Shown piece by piece: positions 39,183 through 49,227 of a DNA stretch of 64,000 nucleotides; the first letter of the stretch is position 1; the number at the start of each line of letters is the position of its first letter. This DNA comes from Nibricoccus sp. Lineage in GTDB: Bacteria; Verrucomicrobiota; Verrucomicrobiia; Opitutales; Opitutaceae. Where the stretch lies: contig JASGHG010000001.1 of NCBI GenBank assembly GCA_047602425.1, positions 4,768,001-4,832,000 of the forward strand. Direction: 5' to 3'. The translations under genes were made by a program, and so were the position numbers. The notes below the pieces were generated by a model. That model was given only the letters and a program-made list of their open reading frames with translations, made no database searches and was not told where the DNA came from.

Positions 39183-40790
39183 CTATGGCAACGACAAGTG
39201 ATCCAGGTAGCAGTTCTCGAAGCCGCCTTGTTCATTAAGCTCCAGAATGACGGCGTTGATGCGAAGCTTTTCCATCTGAACCAGGGCGTTTTTATCCAAT
39301 GCTGCCAATATCGCGCCGCCCAGCGATGTGTTGCCCACCACCTTGATCTGCTCCCGCGTAAAACCAGGCAAAAGGCCAATGGCAATGGCATGATCGACAT
39401 CGATGAACAAACCAAAACCGCCCGCCAGATACAGGCGACCGACGTCCTTCGCCGCTAATCCCGCAGCCTTCAGCAATGTTTCTATTCCGGCGCCGATCGC
39501 TGCCTTCGCTTGCAAGAGCGCCGCGACATCTGCTTCGTTGATGCACAAATCGCCGGCCAGTTTGAACGTCCGGCCACCCGGCGTGGCCGTGCATTTGTTT
39601 TTCGGCAACTGGCTCCATGTCGTGGCATCGAAACGTCCGTTGGCCAGCAGCAATCCCGATGCGCGTCCCTGCGCAAGAAAATCGACGTAGGCGGTACCGC
39701 ATAGTCCCGGCGCATCCTCGGCTTTTCCACCGCCGATCGTTTCAAAGTCAAAAACGAATTCTTCACCACGGCTAATCGTCACGTGCGAAATAGCGCCGGT
39801 TTGAGCTCGTGTGCCGGCGAGCAGGCCGGCGCCTTCAAATGCCGGTCCCGCAGCGGTCGCACAACCGAACAATCTGCCACCGGCATATAGAACTATTTCG
39901 CCATTTGTGCCGATGTCCACCAACAGGCTCGGTTTCTCATCGCAAAACATTCCCGTCGCATACACCCCCGCTGAAAGGTCCGCGCCGACATACGCGGAAA
40001 ATCCAGGCAGGAGCACCACGGGACAATCGCCTCTCAGTCCAAGCTCCGTGGTGTGAAGACTTCGGCTCGCGATAAATTTTGGCGTAAATGGAACCACACC
40101 CAATCCTTCCGGATCCTCGCCAGCCAGCAAATGGAGCATCGTTGTATTGCCCGCCACCATACAACCGGCGATTTGGTCGATGCTGCGGCTGGCTTCACGA
40201 CAAACTTCTGCAACCAAGGGCGCGATCGTTTCCAGCAGTACGGCTCTTTGCATCTGCTCGCGTGCTCCAGGTATTCCCGCCGCTACGATGCGCGTGATCA
40301 CATTGTCCCCGAAACGGATTTGCGCGTTAAAATCCCCTGCCCTGGCGAGCACTTCGCCGCGTAGCAGATCGACGAGCGCGACTGCGACGGTAGTGGTGCC
40401 CACGTCCACGGCCAGTGCAAGATTCCTGCCTTTTTCGAAAAGTTCCCAAGGTGGATCGAGCACCACTGGCATGTTGATCTCAAATGAATCGCCAACCTGT
40501 GGTTCAGCTTCCAATCGCGCATGATCCGGCACGCGCACCAGAAGGTCGTCGTTCGCTTCCAGTTTGATCTCACAGGACTTCACCGGCTGCAAAGTCTCTT
40601 CGCCCGTGATTCCGGACCGAACCAATTCAACCAGACAGCCATGACACCATCCTTGTTTGCCGCATCTCGTATTCAGTGGCATGCCGTGGGCCGCCAAAAC
40701 ATCCGATAGCACCGGACGGTCGGCGTCAGCCAGCGAGACCGTGCGCAGAACCACACTCTTCGCGTTTTGAATGGTTAGTTTAACCGGCAT
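39183..40790 (-). CDS. ASKHA/DUF4445 reductive activator of corrinoid enzymes (RACE) with an N-terminal 2Fe-2S domain
   Basis: CGKQGWCHGC...KSC; VDVGTTT, GNTTMLH, DIGTNGE, TAAGPAFEG, YLAGGFG. ATG 40790 overlaps the upstream stop. Confidence 0.92.
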   Translation of the reverse strand: MPVKLTIQNAKSVVLRTVSLADADRPVLSDVLAAHGMPLNTRCGKQGWCHGCLVELVRSGITGEETLQPVKSCEIKLEANDDLLVRVPDHARLEAEPQVGDSFEINMPVVLDPPWELFEKGRNLALAVDVGTTTVAVALVDLLRGEVLARAGDFNAQIRFGDNVITRIVAAGIPGAREQMQRAVLLETIAPLVAEVCREASRSIDQIAGCMVAGNTTMLHLLAGEDPEGLGVVPFTPKFIASRSLHTTELGLRGDCPVVLLPGFSAYVGADLSAGVYATGMFCDEKPSLLVDIGTNGEIVLYAGGRLFGCATAAGPAFEGAGLLAGTRAQTGAISHVTISRGEEFVFDFETIGGGKAEDAPGLCGTAYVDFLAQGRASGLLLANGRFDATTWSQLPKNKCTATPGGRTFKLAGDLCINEADVAALLQAKAAIGAGIETLLKAAGLAAKDVGRLYLAGGFGLFIDVDHAIAIGLLPGFTREQIKVVGNTSLGGAILAALDKNALVQMEKLRINAVILELNEQGGFENCYLDHLSLP

Positions 40791-41515
40791 CAGGTGGTTT
40801 TGCTTTTGAAAATCGATGCATCGACGGAATGCTGAAGACTGTCTCCCGGTTCGACTATCTGAAAACGCTTCGCGTCCCAACGCCCCCAAAGCAGATCCCG
40901 CATCAAAGCCGGGTCACCGGAGATTCGCTCAAATGACCAGCCGAGCCCGTCCGCACAACGTTGCGCATATTCCGCCTCGGCTTCGGCGCTGGAGGTCCCG
41001 AGTTCGAGGTAGATTGCGTGCCCGTGTTTGGCCCAAAGTTCACGTTCGGCTTCCACCAGATAATCGACGGTGTCGGCATCGTATTTTTTCGACAGTTCCT
41101 CACGCAATGCCGCGAGCCTTTCCTGTCCTGGTACGCGTCGCGCCCGGTTCCATCCCGGAGTATAAAAATATGAGTCGGGGGTTGCAGCTTGTATGTCCGC
41201 ATAGCGTTCTTTGCTGCCCATGAAAAGCGTCATGCAATCATGCGCGCGCGCGATGACGAGTTTGTGCCGGCCGGCTCGCAGCCCCGCTGTTCCCAGTCCA
41301 CAAAGCCCATAGACCAGCACGATTGCCTCAATATTGTCATGTTCATCCACTTTATCCACGGCCGATTGCAGGGTTTCGCGCATGGCCGCGGGTCTGTCAT
41401 GAAGCCCAATGTCAAAACGCTGGCGCAACTTGACGTGCAAAGCGTCCTTTGCGAGGAGCGCAATTTCATCCTCGAAGACCGAACAGTAGAGCAATCCGAT
41501 ATTAGGTGCATTCAT
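40790..41515 (-). CDS. DUF1638 family protein
   Basis: CSVFEDE, GLHDRP, YGLCG, RAHDCMTLFMGS, FYTPGW motifs. Confidence 0.85.
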   Translation of the reverse strand: MNAPNIGLLYCSVFEDEIALLAKDALHVKLRQRFDIGLHDRPAAMRETLQSAVDKVDEHDNIEAIVLVYGLCGLGTAGLRAGRHKLVIARAHDCMTLFMGSKERYADIQAATPDSYFYTPGWNRARRVPGQERLAALREELSKKYDADTVDYLVEAERELWAKHGHAIYLELGTSSAEAEAEYAQRCADGLGWSFERISGDPALMRDLLWGRWDAKRFQIVEPGDSLQHSVDASIFKSKTT

Positions 41516-42284
41516 TGGTTTTTATTCTTTCGGTCAATATCGGCGTTTTACTCACGCTTCCTGCCGACACGGCTTCCCGGTATTGTCGTGGCGTGGTCTT
41601 TTTTTGTTCGCGAAACACGTGCGTGAAATAGGCCTGGTCGCAAAATCCGCAGGCCGCCGCAATCTCCGCCAGCGATCGATCTGTAGCGCGCAACATACCG
41701 CAGGCCGCATCGACACGAATGGAGCGCAACAACTCCGTAAAAGACCGGCCTGTGCGCGCGCGCAGCAAGTGCGAGAAATGCCCGGCCGAAATGCCGGCGT
41801 GCTGTGCTACTTCTTCGCGCGTGAGCTCGCGTTCCAAATTGTCACGCATGAAGGATAATGCGCGGGCAATGCGTGGCGGCGAATCGGTTCGCTCCTGGCG
41901 TTCCAGAGCCGCAAAGATTCTCTCGAACGTTTCGCGCAACCAACTGGCCAGCTGTTCGTCGTCGTTGAGTTCGGCGAGTTCGGTCAGATGACGAAAATGC
42001 ATGCCGAGCACTTCGGCCTGTTCCACGCCCGCTTCAACCGTGGCCCGCGCCATCATGACAACAAGTTCGAGCAACAAGCCCTTGAGCAATTCCGTTCGCA
42101 CTTCACCGACGCTATAAATGTGCACCAGGATATGGTTGATGATCTTTCGCGCCGTTCGCCGGTCACCGCGCAACATCGCCGAAATCAACTCTGGTTCGCG
42201 ATATAGGTACAATTCCCTAATACCGTCATATGGGCGCTCGGGATCAACCGTCACTGCGGGATAGTCGTTGCTGTCAGGATTCAA
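41502..42284 (-). CDS. AraC-family transcriptional regulator (start uncertain: TTG 42284 or GTG 42254)
   Basis: C-terminal EEVAQHAGISAGHFSHLL...SLAEIAAACGFCDQAYFTHVF..TPRQYR. The track N-terminal extension overlaps the opposite-strand kinase gene. Confidence 0.85.
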   Translation of the reverse strand: MNPDSNDYPAVTVDPERPYDGIRELYLYREPELISAMLRGDRRTARKIINHILVHIYSVGEVRTELLKGLLLELVVMMARATVEAGVEQAEVLGMHFRHLTELAELNDDEQLASWLRETFERIFAALERQERTDSPPRIARALSFMRDNLERELTREEVAQHAGISAGHFSHLLRARTGRSFTELLRSIRVDAACGMLRATDRSLAEIAAACGFCDQAYFTHVFREQKKTTPRQYREAVSAGSVSKTPILTERIKTNECT

Positions 42285-42444
42285 GCTCGCACATTCAATA
42301 CAGATGGTGGTAACTCCACCAGAAAAATGGCGGTGACCAGTGACATTGCGACGCCCTTCCCGCCTCGGGACGGCAACCGTCCGACAAGGCTTAGATTTTT
42401 GCTGGCTTACCCCCCTTTGTCTGGGGTTAGTTGGAGGTGCTGGT

Positions 42445-45333
42445 GTGAATACCGTTCCCCTACATCGCCCCAAATCCGACCAGTTCGCCGCCCCGATTTC
42501 ACGCAGGCTGCTGATCGCATGGCTGGCGATTTTGTGTATCGGATTTCTGGTTACGACGTGGTCCTTCGGACAGTCGGCCGAGACTGGCGCCAAACCAGCC
42601 GTCATCCGCGTGGGCATTGAGGTCGGAAAAAGCCCGCTTTCGCACAGCGATGAAAAAGGCGAACCCGTCGGATTTCTGGTCGACCTGATGATGGCTATCG
42701 CCCAAGAGCGAAGTTTGCAAGTGCAGCTCGACTACCGGCCTTGGGGAGAATTGCTCAACGATTTCAAAACCGGCAAAGTCGATATCCTTTCCAACATGGT
42801 TTTCACGCCGGAACGGGCGGAGTTCGCAAATTTCTCCATCTCGCATCTTGGGCTGCCCGGCGCAGTTTTCATCCGCAAGGACGACAAATCGATCCTCGCC
42901 CCCAGCGATCTGATGCATAAGCGGATGGCCACGGCTCCGAAAGGGTTCTCGGAGGAGTACGCCATGAAACATGGCTACGGCAGTACGTATATTGCCTGCA
43001 CAACGCTTGATGAATGTTTGAAAAAATTAAATTCCGGCGAAGTGGACTTCGTCTTTGCGACACAAATTTTTGCCGAGAATATCGTCTCGAACAACAAATT
43101 GCGAAACGTGAGGCTGGCGCCGTTCAAGCTCAATGATCTTCAATATCAATACCATTGCGCCGTACCTAAAAATCGCAACGACCTGCTCTACGAGATCAAC
43201 GCCGGTATTATCGCGCTTCGAAACAACGGCACCTCCGACGATCTCTATGAGAAATGGTTCGGCCCGCTGGAACCGCGCAAACTGCGTTTGACGGATCTCA
43301 AGCCTTACCGCCTTCCTGCACTCGCATTTCTCCTGGCCATTGGTTTTGCTTATCTTCGACAATTGCGACTGGTTCGTCGCCTTCGCAACCAGGCGGAAGC
43401 CCTTAAGCGGAGCGAGGAACGGCTCACTCTCGTGCTCGAAGGAAGTCAGGACGCCTTCTGGGATTGGGACGTCATCGCCAATCGGGTGACCCGCAGCGAT
43501 CGCTGGGCAGTGATGCTGGGCACCGATGCGGGAAATACTCCGGCGCCCATCGATTCGATGGATGGTTTGATCCATCCCGACGATCTTGAACGCGTCAGAC
43601 AATCACGGGAACAACTCCTGAAAGTGGGTCACGAGCGCATTGAGTATCGCGTGCGTGGTCGAAACGATCAGTGGCTTTGGATCCACGATCGTGGAAAAGT
43701 TGTCGCTCTCAACCAACGCGGCCAGCCCATCCGCGTGACCGGCGCCGCTAGTGACATCACTACACGCAAACGCATCGAGGAAGCCCTCGGACGAAGCCAG
43801 GCCCTCCTCGAACAAAGCCAGCGCGCGGCCGATATTGGTGGTTGGGAATACGATGCGCTCAATGGTGTGCTTTATTGGACGCTGCAAGCTTTCCGCATCC
43901 ACGATTTGGATCCCGATGCTGGTTCCCCAACCTTGGATCAGTTGTTCTCGTTTTATCGGCCTCAGAACCAGACGATTTTTCGCAATGCGTTCCAGTCCGC
44001 CCTCGAAGACGGTGTGGCCTTCGATATCGAACTCGAACTTGTCACGGCCAACCAACGACCGATCTGGGTCCGCACCATTGGACGCGCCGAGAAAGATGCC
44101 TTTCGGGTGGTTCGGGTTTACGGCTCGTTTCAGGATGTGACATATCGCAAGAAGGCGGAAGACGAACGACAGAAGATTCAATCCAAGATGCTGGAGGCTC
44201 AAAAGCTGGAAAGCCTCGGCGTGCTCGCAGGCGGTATTGCCCACGATTTCAACAATCTCCTCACGGTGATCATGGGTAATGCGTCAATTGCCCGCGAGGA
44301 TCCCAAGAGTGTGGTCGATGCGCTCAACCAGATTGAAACCGCCTCCCAGCGCGCCGCCGATCTGTGCAAACAAATGCTTGCGTATGCGGGACGAAGCCGA
44401 ACCAGCATGGCTTGCACAAATTTCAATCAGATTGTCAGCGACACCGTGCATCTGCTGCGTCTTTCCATCAGCAAAAATGCAACGCTCGATTTCATTCTCG
44501 ATCCTCAGCCGTTGCCCGTCGAAGTCGACGTGTCGCAAATCCGCCAGGTCATCATGAACCTCGTGATCAACGGTTCAGATGCGCTCGGCGAGGGCACCGG
44601 TCACATCCGCGTCATGACGTCCCGAGTTCAAGTCAGCGCCGCCCAACTGCGCGAGGCGCGTCACGGCCAGGATCTGCCGCCGGGCGAATATATCGCGCTC
44701 GAAGTGCAGGATGAAGGTTGCGGGATGAGTGACGATACGCTCAAGCGCATTTTCGACCCATTCTTTACCACCAAATTTACCGGTCGCGGACTCGGACTGG
44801 CCGCGGTGCTCGGTATCGTCCGTGCGCACAAAGGCGCGTTTTTTGTGGAGAGCAAGCTGGGCCAGGGTTCCACCTTCCGGATGCTCCTGCCGCCAACGGC
44901 AAAACCGCTCCCGGAAAAACCTGCCGACACCGAAAAGACCAACCTTCCGCCATCGTTAAACTCGGGACTTTTTCTGGTCGTCGACGACGAGCCTGAGGTC
45001 CGCAAGCTCGCGGCGACCGTCCTTGAGCGGCAGGGACATCGCGTGGCCCTCGCATCCGACGGTTATGAAGCCCTCGCGCTCACCTTGGCGCGTGGAGACA
45101 AATACACCGGCATTCTCCTCGACCTCACGATGCCCGGGCTCGACGGACCAACCACCCTCCGCGAGTTGCGCCTCATGCAGCTCAACACGCCTGTTCTCGT
45201 TATGAGCGGTTATAGCGAGTACGACGTTCGCCAGCGTTTTCCGGAAGATCCGTTGATCAGCTTCCTGCCAAAACCGTTTACCGCAACCGATCTCCAACTG
45301 CGGTTACAAGAATTGCTCGACCGGGTGAACTAA
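42445..45333 (+). CDS. Hybrid sensor histidine kinase: periplasmic SBP_bac_3 sensor, TM, two PAS, HisKA, HATPase, receiver
   Basis: GGAGG upstream of GTG 42445; LAGGIAHDFNNLL, QVIMNLVING, DPFFTTKFTGRGLGL, LVVDDE, LLDLTMP, KPF. Confidence 0.93.
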   Translation: MNTVPLHRPKSDQFAAPISRRLLIAWLAILCIGFLVTTWSFGQSAETGAKPAVIRVGIEVGKSPLSHSDEKGEPVGFLVDLMMAIAQERSLQVQLDYRPWGELLNDFKTGKVDILSNMVFTPERAEFANFSISHLGLPGAVFIRKDDKSILAPSDLMHKRMATAPKGFSEEYAMKHGYGSTYIACTTLDECLKKLNSGEVDFVFATQIFAENIVSNNKLRNVRLAPFKLNDLQYQYHCAVPKNRNDLLYEINAGIIALRNNGTSDDLYEKWFGPLEPRKLRLTDLKPYRLPALAFLLAIGFAYLRQLRLVRRLRNQAEALKRSEERLTLVLEGSQDAFWDWDVIANRVTRSDRWAVMLGTDAGNTPAPIDSMDGLIHPDDLERVRQSREQLLKVGHERIEYRVRGRNDQWLWIHDRGKVVALNQRGQPIRVTGAASDITTRKRIEEALGRSQALLEQSQRAADIGGWEYDALNGVLYWTLQAFRIHDLDPDAGSPTLDQLFSFYRPQNQTIFRNAFQSALEDGVAFDIELELVTANQRPIWVRTIGRAEKDAFRVVRVYGSFQDVTYRKKAEDERQKIQSKMLEAQKLESLGVLAGGIAHDFNNLLTVIMGNASIAREDPKSVVDALNQIETASQRAADLCKQMLAYAGRSRTSMACTNFNQIVSDTVHLLRLSISKNATLDFILDPQPLPVEVDVSQIRQVIMNLVINGSDALGEGTGHIRVMTSRVQVSAAQLREARHGQDLPPGEYIALEVQDEGCGMSDDTLKRIFDPFFTTKFTGRGLGLAAVLGIVRAHKGAFFVESKLGQGSTFRMLLPPTAKPLPEKPADTEKTNLPPSLNSGLFLVVDDEPEVRKLAATVLERQGHRVALASDGYEALALTLARGDKYTGILLDLTMPGLDGPTTLRELRLMQLNTPVLVMSGYSEYDVRQRFPEDPLISFLPKPFTATDLQLRLQELLDRVN

Positions 45334-45355
45334 TCTAAAACCACCCACTATCTGC

Positions 45356-46342
45356 CTACTTCTTCTTGGAGACACGTCGTTTCGCTGGCGCCGGCTCAGA
45401 AGCGGGAGTGGTCGCCTTCTTCAAGGCGGTCAGGAGCGTTTTAAAATCCTTTGGCAACGGCGCACGCAGATCCAAGACCTTCCCGGTGATGGGATGCGTA
45501 ACCACGAGGTGTTCGGCATGCAGCATGACGCGCTCAGGCTGCTTCGGCAGGCGCGGATCTGCCTTCCACCCGTAGACGTCGTCGCCGAGCAAAATGTGTC
45601 CCAGCGCTTTCATATGGACACGAATTTGATGGGTGCGACCCGTGTGAATGACGCACCGCATGAGGGTCGCGAGTTTTCCGAATTTTTCCACGACTTCCCA
45701 ATCGGTGTGTGCGTCGCGGTCACCCTCCTCCACAACGGCCATTTTATGACGGTGGCTGGGGTTTCGGCCAATCGCCTTTCGCACACTGCCGCTGAGCAGC
45801 GCCGGCGCGCCGGCGACAAGTGCGAGATATTCCTTTTGCAGCGAACGCTCGGCAAATTGCTCGGAAAGTCCCCGGTGCGCGGCGTCGGTTTTGGCAACCA
45901 GCATCACGCCAGAGGTCTCGCGGTCCAGTCGATGCACAATTCCCGGCCGTTCAACGCCTCCAATTCCGCTCAGCTCGCCTTCGCAATGCGAAAGCAACGC
46001 GTGCACCAGGGTGTCTTCACCGGTGCCTGCGCCGGGATGAACGATCATGCCGGCGGGTTTGTCGATAGCGAGCAGGTGCTTATCTTCGAAGAGGACAGTG
46101 AGCGGGATATCGACGGCTTTTAGTTCGGACGGCTTTGTCTCCGGGAGAGAAAACCCAATGACATCGCCAGCCGAAACGGAATGATCGCGCTTGATCGATT
46201 TGCCCGCGACGAGAACAAGTCCGGCGTCAAACGACCGCTGCAAAGCCACGCGGCTGTGCTCGGGAAAAGCCCGCGCGAGCACTTTGTCGGCGCGGGCGCG
46301 GCGAAATCCAAGCGGAACCGTATACTGGGTGAGGTCGGACAT
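45356..46342 (-). CDS. rluD: RluA-family 23S rRNA pseudouridine synthase
   Basis: S4-like N-terminus, KPAGMIVHP, RPGIVHRLDRETSG, TGRTHQIRVH. Confidence 0.88.
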   Translation of the reverse strand: MSDLTQYTVPLGFRRARADKVLARAFPEHSRVALQRSFDAGLVLVAGKSIKRDHSVSAGDVIGFSLPETKPSELKAVDIPLTVLFEDKHLLAIDKPAGMIVHPGAGTGEDTLVHALLSHCEGELSGIGGVERPGIVHRLDRETSGVMLVAKTDAAHRGLSEQFAERSLQKEYLALVAGAPALLSGSVRKAIGRNPSHRHKMAVVEEGDRDAHTDWEVVEKFGKLATLMRCVIHTGRTHQIRVHMKALGHILLGDDVYGWKADPRLPKQPERVMLHAEHLVVTHPITGKVLDLRAPLPKDFKTLLTALKKATTPASEPAPAKRRVSKKK

Positions 46343-46363
46343 GACGCGGTTGGGGAATTGCGC

Positions 46364-48010
46364 TTACTTTGCCGGCGCGGGTTTCTGCTGCTGCCTCAGG
46401 ATAGTGGCGGCCAGTGCGTCGTTCAGGCCATGTTCCGAACCAGCCCCTTGCACCAGAATCTCCGGTGTGATGCGGATATTGCCTTCCTGCACGAGACGCA
46501 GGCTTTCCAGCAGCGTGACGCCTTCCTTGCCGATTGCCGCCGCGAGCAAGTCGTAGCTTTGCTTGCGCGCTTCCGCGGTGATGCGGATGCGCTCCGCTTC
46601 GCCTTTGGCGGTTTCGATTTGGGCCTTGGCGCGTTCGCCGGCCGTTTTTACGGCAAACTCCGCTTCGACCAGTTGCTTCTGTTGATCGGCTTCTTCGCGC
46701 GAACGAATGAATTGCTGGCGGGCCACTTCCGCCTGTTGCTGTTGCTGGTACGTCGCACGCTGGTTACTGGCAACTTCCTTGTCGGTCTGCGTGAGCAAAA
46801 GCTTTTGTCCAGCTTCCGTGGCATCGAGCCCGATCGCACCGATAAACGCGCCGAGGAACGTCAGCTTGTAGGGCGAAAATTCACTCTCGACCAGTTTGCT
46901 GGTCATCGCCTCCACGCGACTGCGGCTTGCAACGTATTCGAGTGCTCCGAGTGTTTCGGCCACGTTGCGCAGCGCGGCGCGAGCTGTCGGCAACACGAGG
47001 CGGGCTTCCAGGATTTCAAGTTCTTCGTCCTCCTGTTCGTCCTTCATCACACGATCGGGATCACCGAGCAGTGCGACCAGATAAGGCGCGTTTGCCGCGG
47101 CGACCGAGAGGGATAGCCGCACGTCGACCGGGAAAGTGAAACCATCTTTCGATCGCACACTGATCGAATAGTCGGCGCCGGTGTGATTTTGGCCACGTTT
47201 GTTGACGGTGCTGACTTGGTTCGTGCGATCCACACGCTGATAAGTGTAAACGCGCTGCGTGGTTTTAACTTTGATGACTTGAAACGCATCGGGATGGAGA
47301 TTGTACGCACCTGGCAGCAACGGTGTGCGCCAGATGCCGCGATGGCCCTGGGGAACGATGTCCACACCATTTACCGTGATTTTTTCGGTGCCGGTATAAA
47401 CATCACCAGCATTGGCTTTGACCACAGCGACTTCACCAGCCGCGACAAGCGTCACGGGCCGCATCTCGATCTTAAAGAGGCGTGGGTTGATGCGGTAGTT
47501 ACCGGGCGTGAGGATGGTCAATTGCGGGCCACGATAACCAGCTCCATCCGCCAAAAACTTCGTGGCGTCGAGCATGTCGTCGCCAGATTTCCAGGCTGGA
47601 GCAAAAACCGAACCGCCAGGAAGAACCTTTCCGTCCAGCGCCGTGACGACGCCGATCTGTCCATTGGGAATCAGGACCGTGCCGACCTTCTCGACTTCAT
47701 ACGACCAGGGCCAGTAACCAAAATGCCAGCCCGGTCCGAGGACTCGTGCTTGGGGGCCCTTTTCGCCGTTGACGGCGACGATGTGCCCGGCGGGAAGATC
47801 CGAACCGAGCGTCTTGATGACCACGCCGGTCTGGTCGGAAGAAACATTAACGGCCGAGGCCAGCGTGAAAATGCCGGCGCCCGCGAGCACCAGCGCCACT
47901 GCGATTGTCGCGGCGGATGCGCGCGTGACGGCGGATTGCGAAGACATGCGCACCACCAGGGCGACAAGCCCGGCCAAGATCAGTAACGAACCAAGGAAGA
48001 GAGAGAACAT
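46364..48010 (-). CDS. SPFH/Band 7 (flotillin-like) membrane protein
   Basis: Two N-terminal TMs, repeated LxPG-Y/W units, VRSKDGFTFPVD, C-terminal AE-rich coiled coil. Confidence 0.8.
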   Translation of the reverse strand: MFSLFLGSLLILAGLVALVVRMSSQSAVTRASAATIAVALVLAGAGIFTLASAVNVSSDQTGVVIKTLGSDLPAGHIVAVNGEKGPQARVLGPGWHFGYWPWSYEVEKVGTVLIPNGQIGVVTALDGKVLPGGSVFAPAWKSGDDMLDATKFLADGAGYRGPQLTILTPGNYRINPRLFKIEMRPVTLVAAGEVAVVKANAGDVYTGTEKITVNGVDIVPQGHRGIWRTPLLPGAYNLHPDAFQVIKVKTTQRVYTYQRVDRTNQVSTVNKRGQNHTGADYSISVRSKDGFTFPVDVRLSLSVAAANAPYLVALLGDPDRVMKDEQEDEELEILEARLVLPTARAALRNVAETLGALEYVASRSRVEAMTSKLVESEFSPYKLTFLGAFIGAIGLDATEAGQKLLLTQTDKEVASNQRATYQQQQQAEVARQQFIRSREEADQQKQLVEAEFAVKTAGERAKAQIETAKGEAERIRITAEARKQSYDLLAAAIGKEGVTLLESLRLVQEGNIRITPEILVQGAGSEHGLNDALAATILRQQQKPAPAK

Positions 48011-48201
48011 GGTTGGAGTTGGTTGGAACGAAAACAGCCGCAGCCTAGGGATGACCGCCTTCGGCGCGACAGAAATATGCGCAGATGGAAAGATTGTCTC
48101 GTTTTCCACGCCGGCTCCTTCCCTTCCCCCTTTTCACAACGCAACCAATGGATGGCTCTGCCCCGGGCCCTGGTCGGCTGAGCGCCGCCTGCATGCAGTT
48201 C

Positions 48202-49197
48202 CTACAAGGCCGTAATTCGGTCGATTTCGGCTATCGCCGTGGTGCGCATCGGTCCCGGTACGTCGGCCACGGCCCAGCCGTTCTTAGCGATTTTAGCCAG
48301 TTCGGTCTTGGTGAAATCCGATTCCTTCGCCAGCGCCAGATACTCCGCGGGAATCGTATTCGCAAAGGTCAGCGGGTCGTCCGTGCTCACGGTGCAATTG
48401 ACTCCGGCCTGCATCAACCGCCGCAATGGATGCTCGCGCAGCGATGGGTAGACCCCGAGCTTGATATTGCTGATTGGGCACACGTCGAAGGTCACCCCTT
48501 TGTCCCGCGCCAAGGCCAGCACGGCGGGATCCTCGATGGCGCGAACGCCGTGTTGCACACGGTTGCTGCCGAGCATTTCGATGGCCTCACGCACTCGCGC
48601 TGGTCCGTCAAATTCGCCCGCGTGAACTTTGGTGATTTTACCCGCACCGCGCAGACGGTCCCAAACCTTGGCTGTCCAGGGCTCCGTCGGCGTTTGCTCG
48701 AAACCGTGAAGATCGACGCCCGCGAGTTCGTCCCAGTTGTGCAGGTCGTCGATCATGGCCTGGGTTGAGTCATGGTAATCGGTGCGCAGCATGCCGGCAA
48801 AGATTCGCACTTCCAAACCCTTGGGCACGGCGCTGCGGATGGCGGCGATGATTTCGCGCGGCGGCACGCCGATGAAGCCGCTCACTGGCAGATGGAAACT
48901 GGTTTCGACATAGCGGACATTTTGCGTGACGTGACGCGCGAAGATCGCCTTGGCCGCTTTGTAGTAACGGTCTGCAGAGGTAAACCATGGCAACGCGTGA
49001 CCGAGCAAAATCTCATCGAACGCCGGAAAACTGGCATAGCGAAAATTCGGCGTTCGAAACGGCGGATGTGTCGGAAAACGCCCCGGCTGCCACGCGCGCA
49101 ACAATTCGTACGGCAGCGCGCCCTCGATGTGCAGGTGCGTTTCCGTCTTCGGCAAAGCTTGAATGAAAGCTTTTAGCTTCTGGTCACCGTTCGACAT
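48202..49197 (-). CDS. Adenosine/adenine deaminase family protein
   Basis: [32 protein letters not shown] motifs. Confidence 0.9.
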   Translation of the reverse strand: MSNGDQKLKAFIQALPKTETHLHIEGALPYELLRAWQPGRFPTHPPFRTPNFRYASFPAFDEILLGHALPWFTSADRYYKAAKAIFARHVTQNVRYVETSFHLPVSGFIGVPPREIIAAIRSAVPKGLEVRIFAGMLRTDYHDSTQAMIDDLHNWDELAGVDLHGFEQTPTEPWTAKVWDRLRGAGKITKVHAGEFDGPARVREAIEMLGSNRVQHGVRAIEDPAVLALARDKGVTFDVCPISNIKLGVYPSLREHPLRRLMQAGVNCTVSTDDPLTFANTIPAEYLALAKESDFTKTELAKIAKNGWAVADVPGPMRTTAIAEIDRITAL

Positions 49198-49227
49198 GGT
49201 TTCCCCCGCCTTTCGCCCCATGACGCC

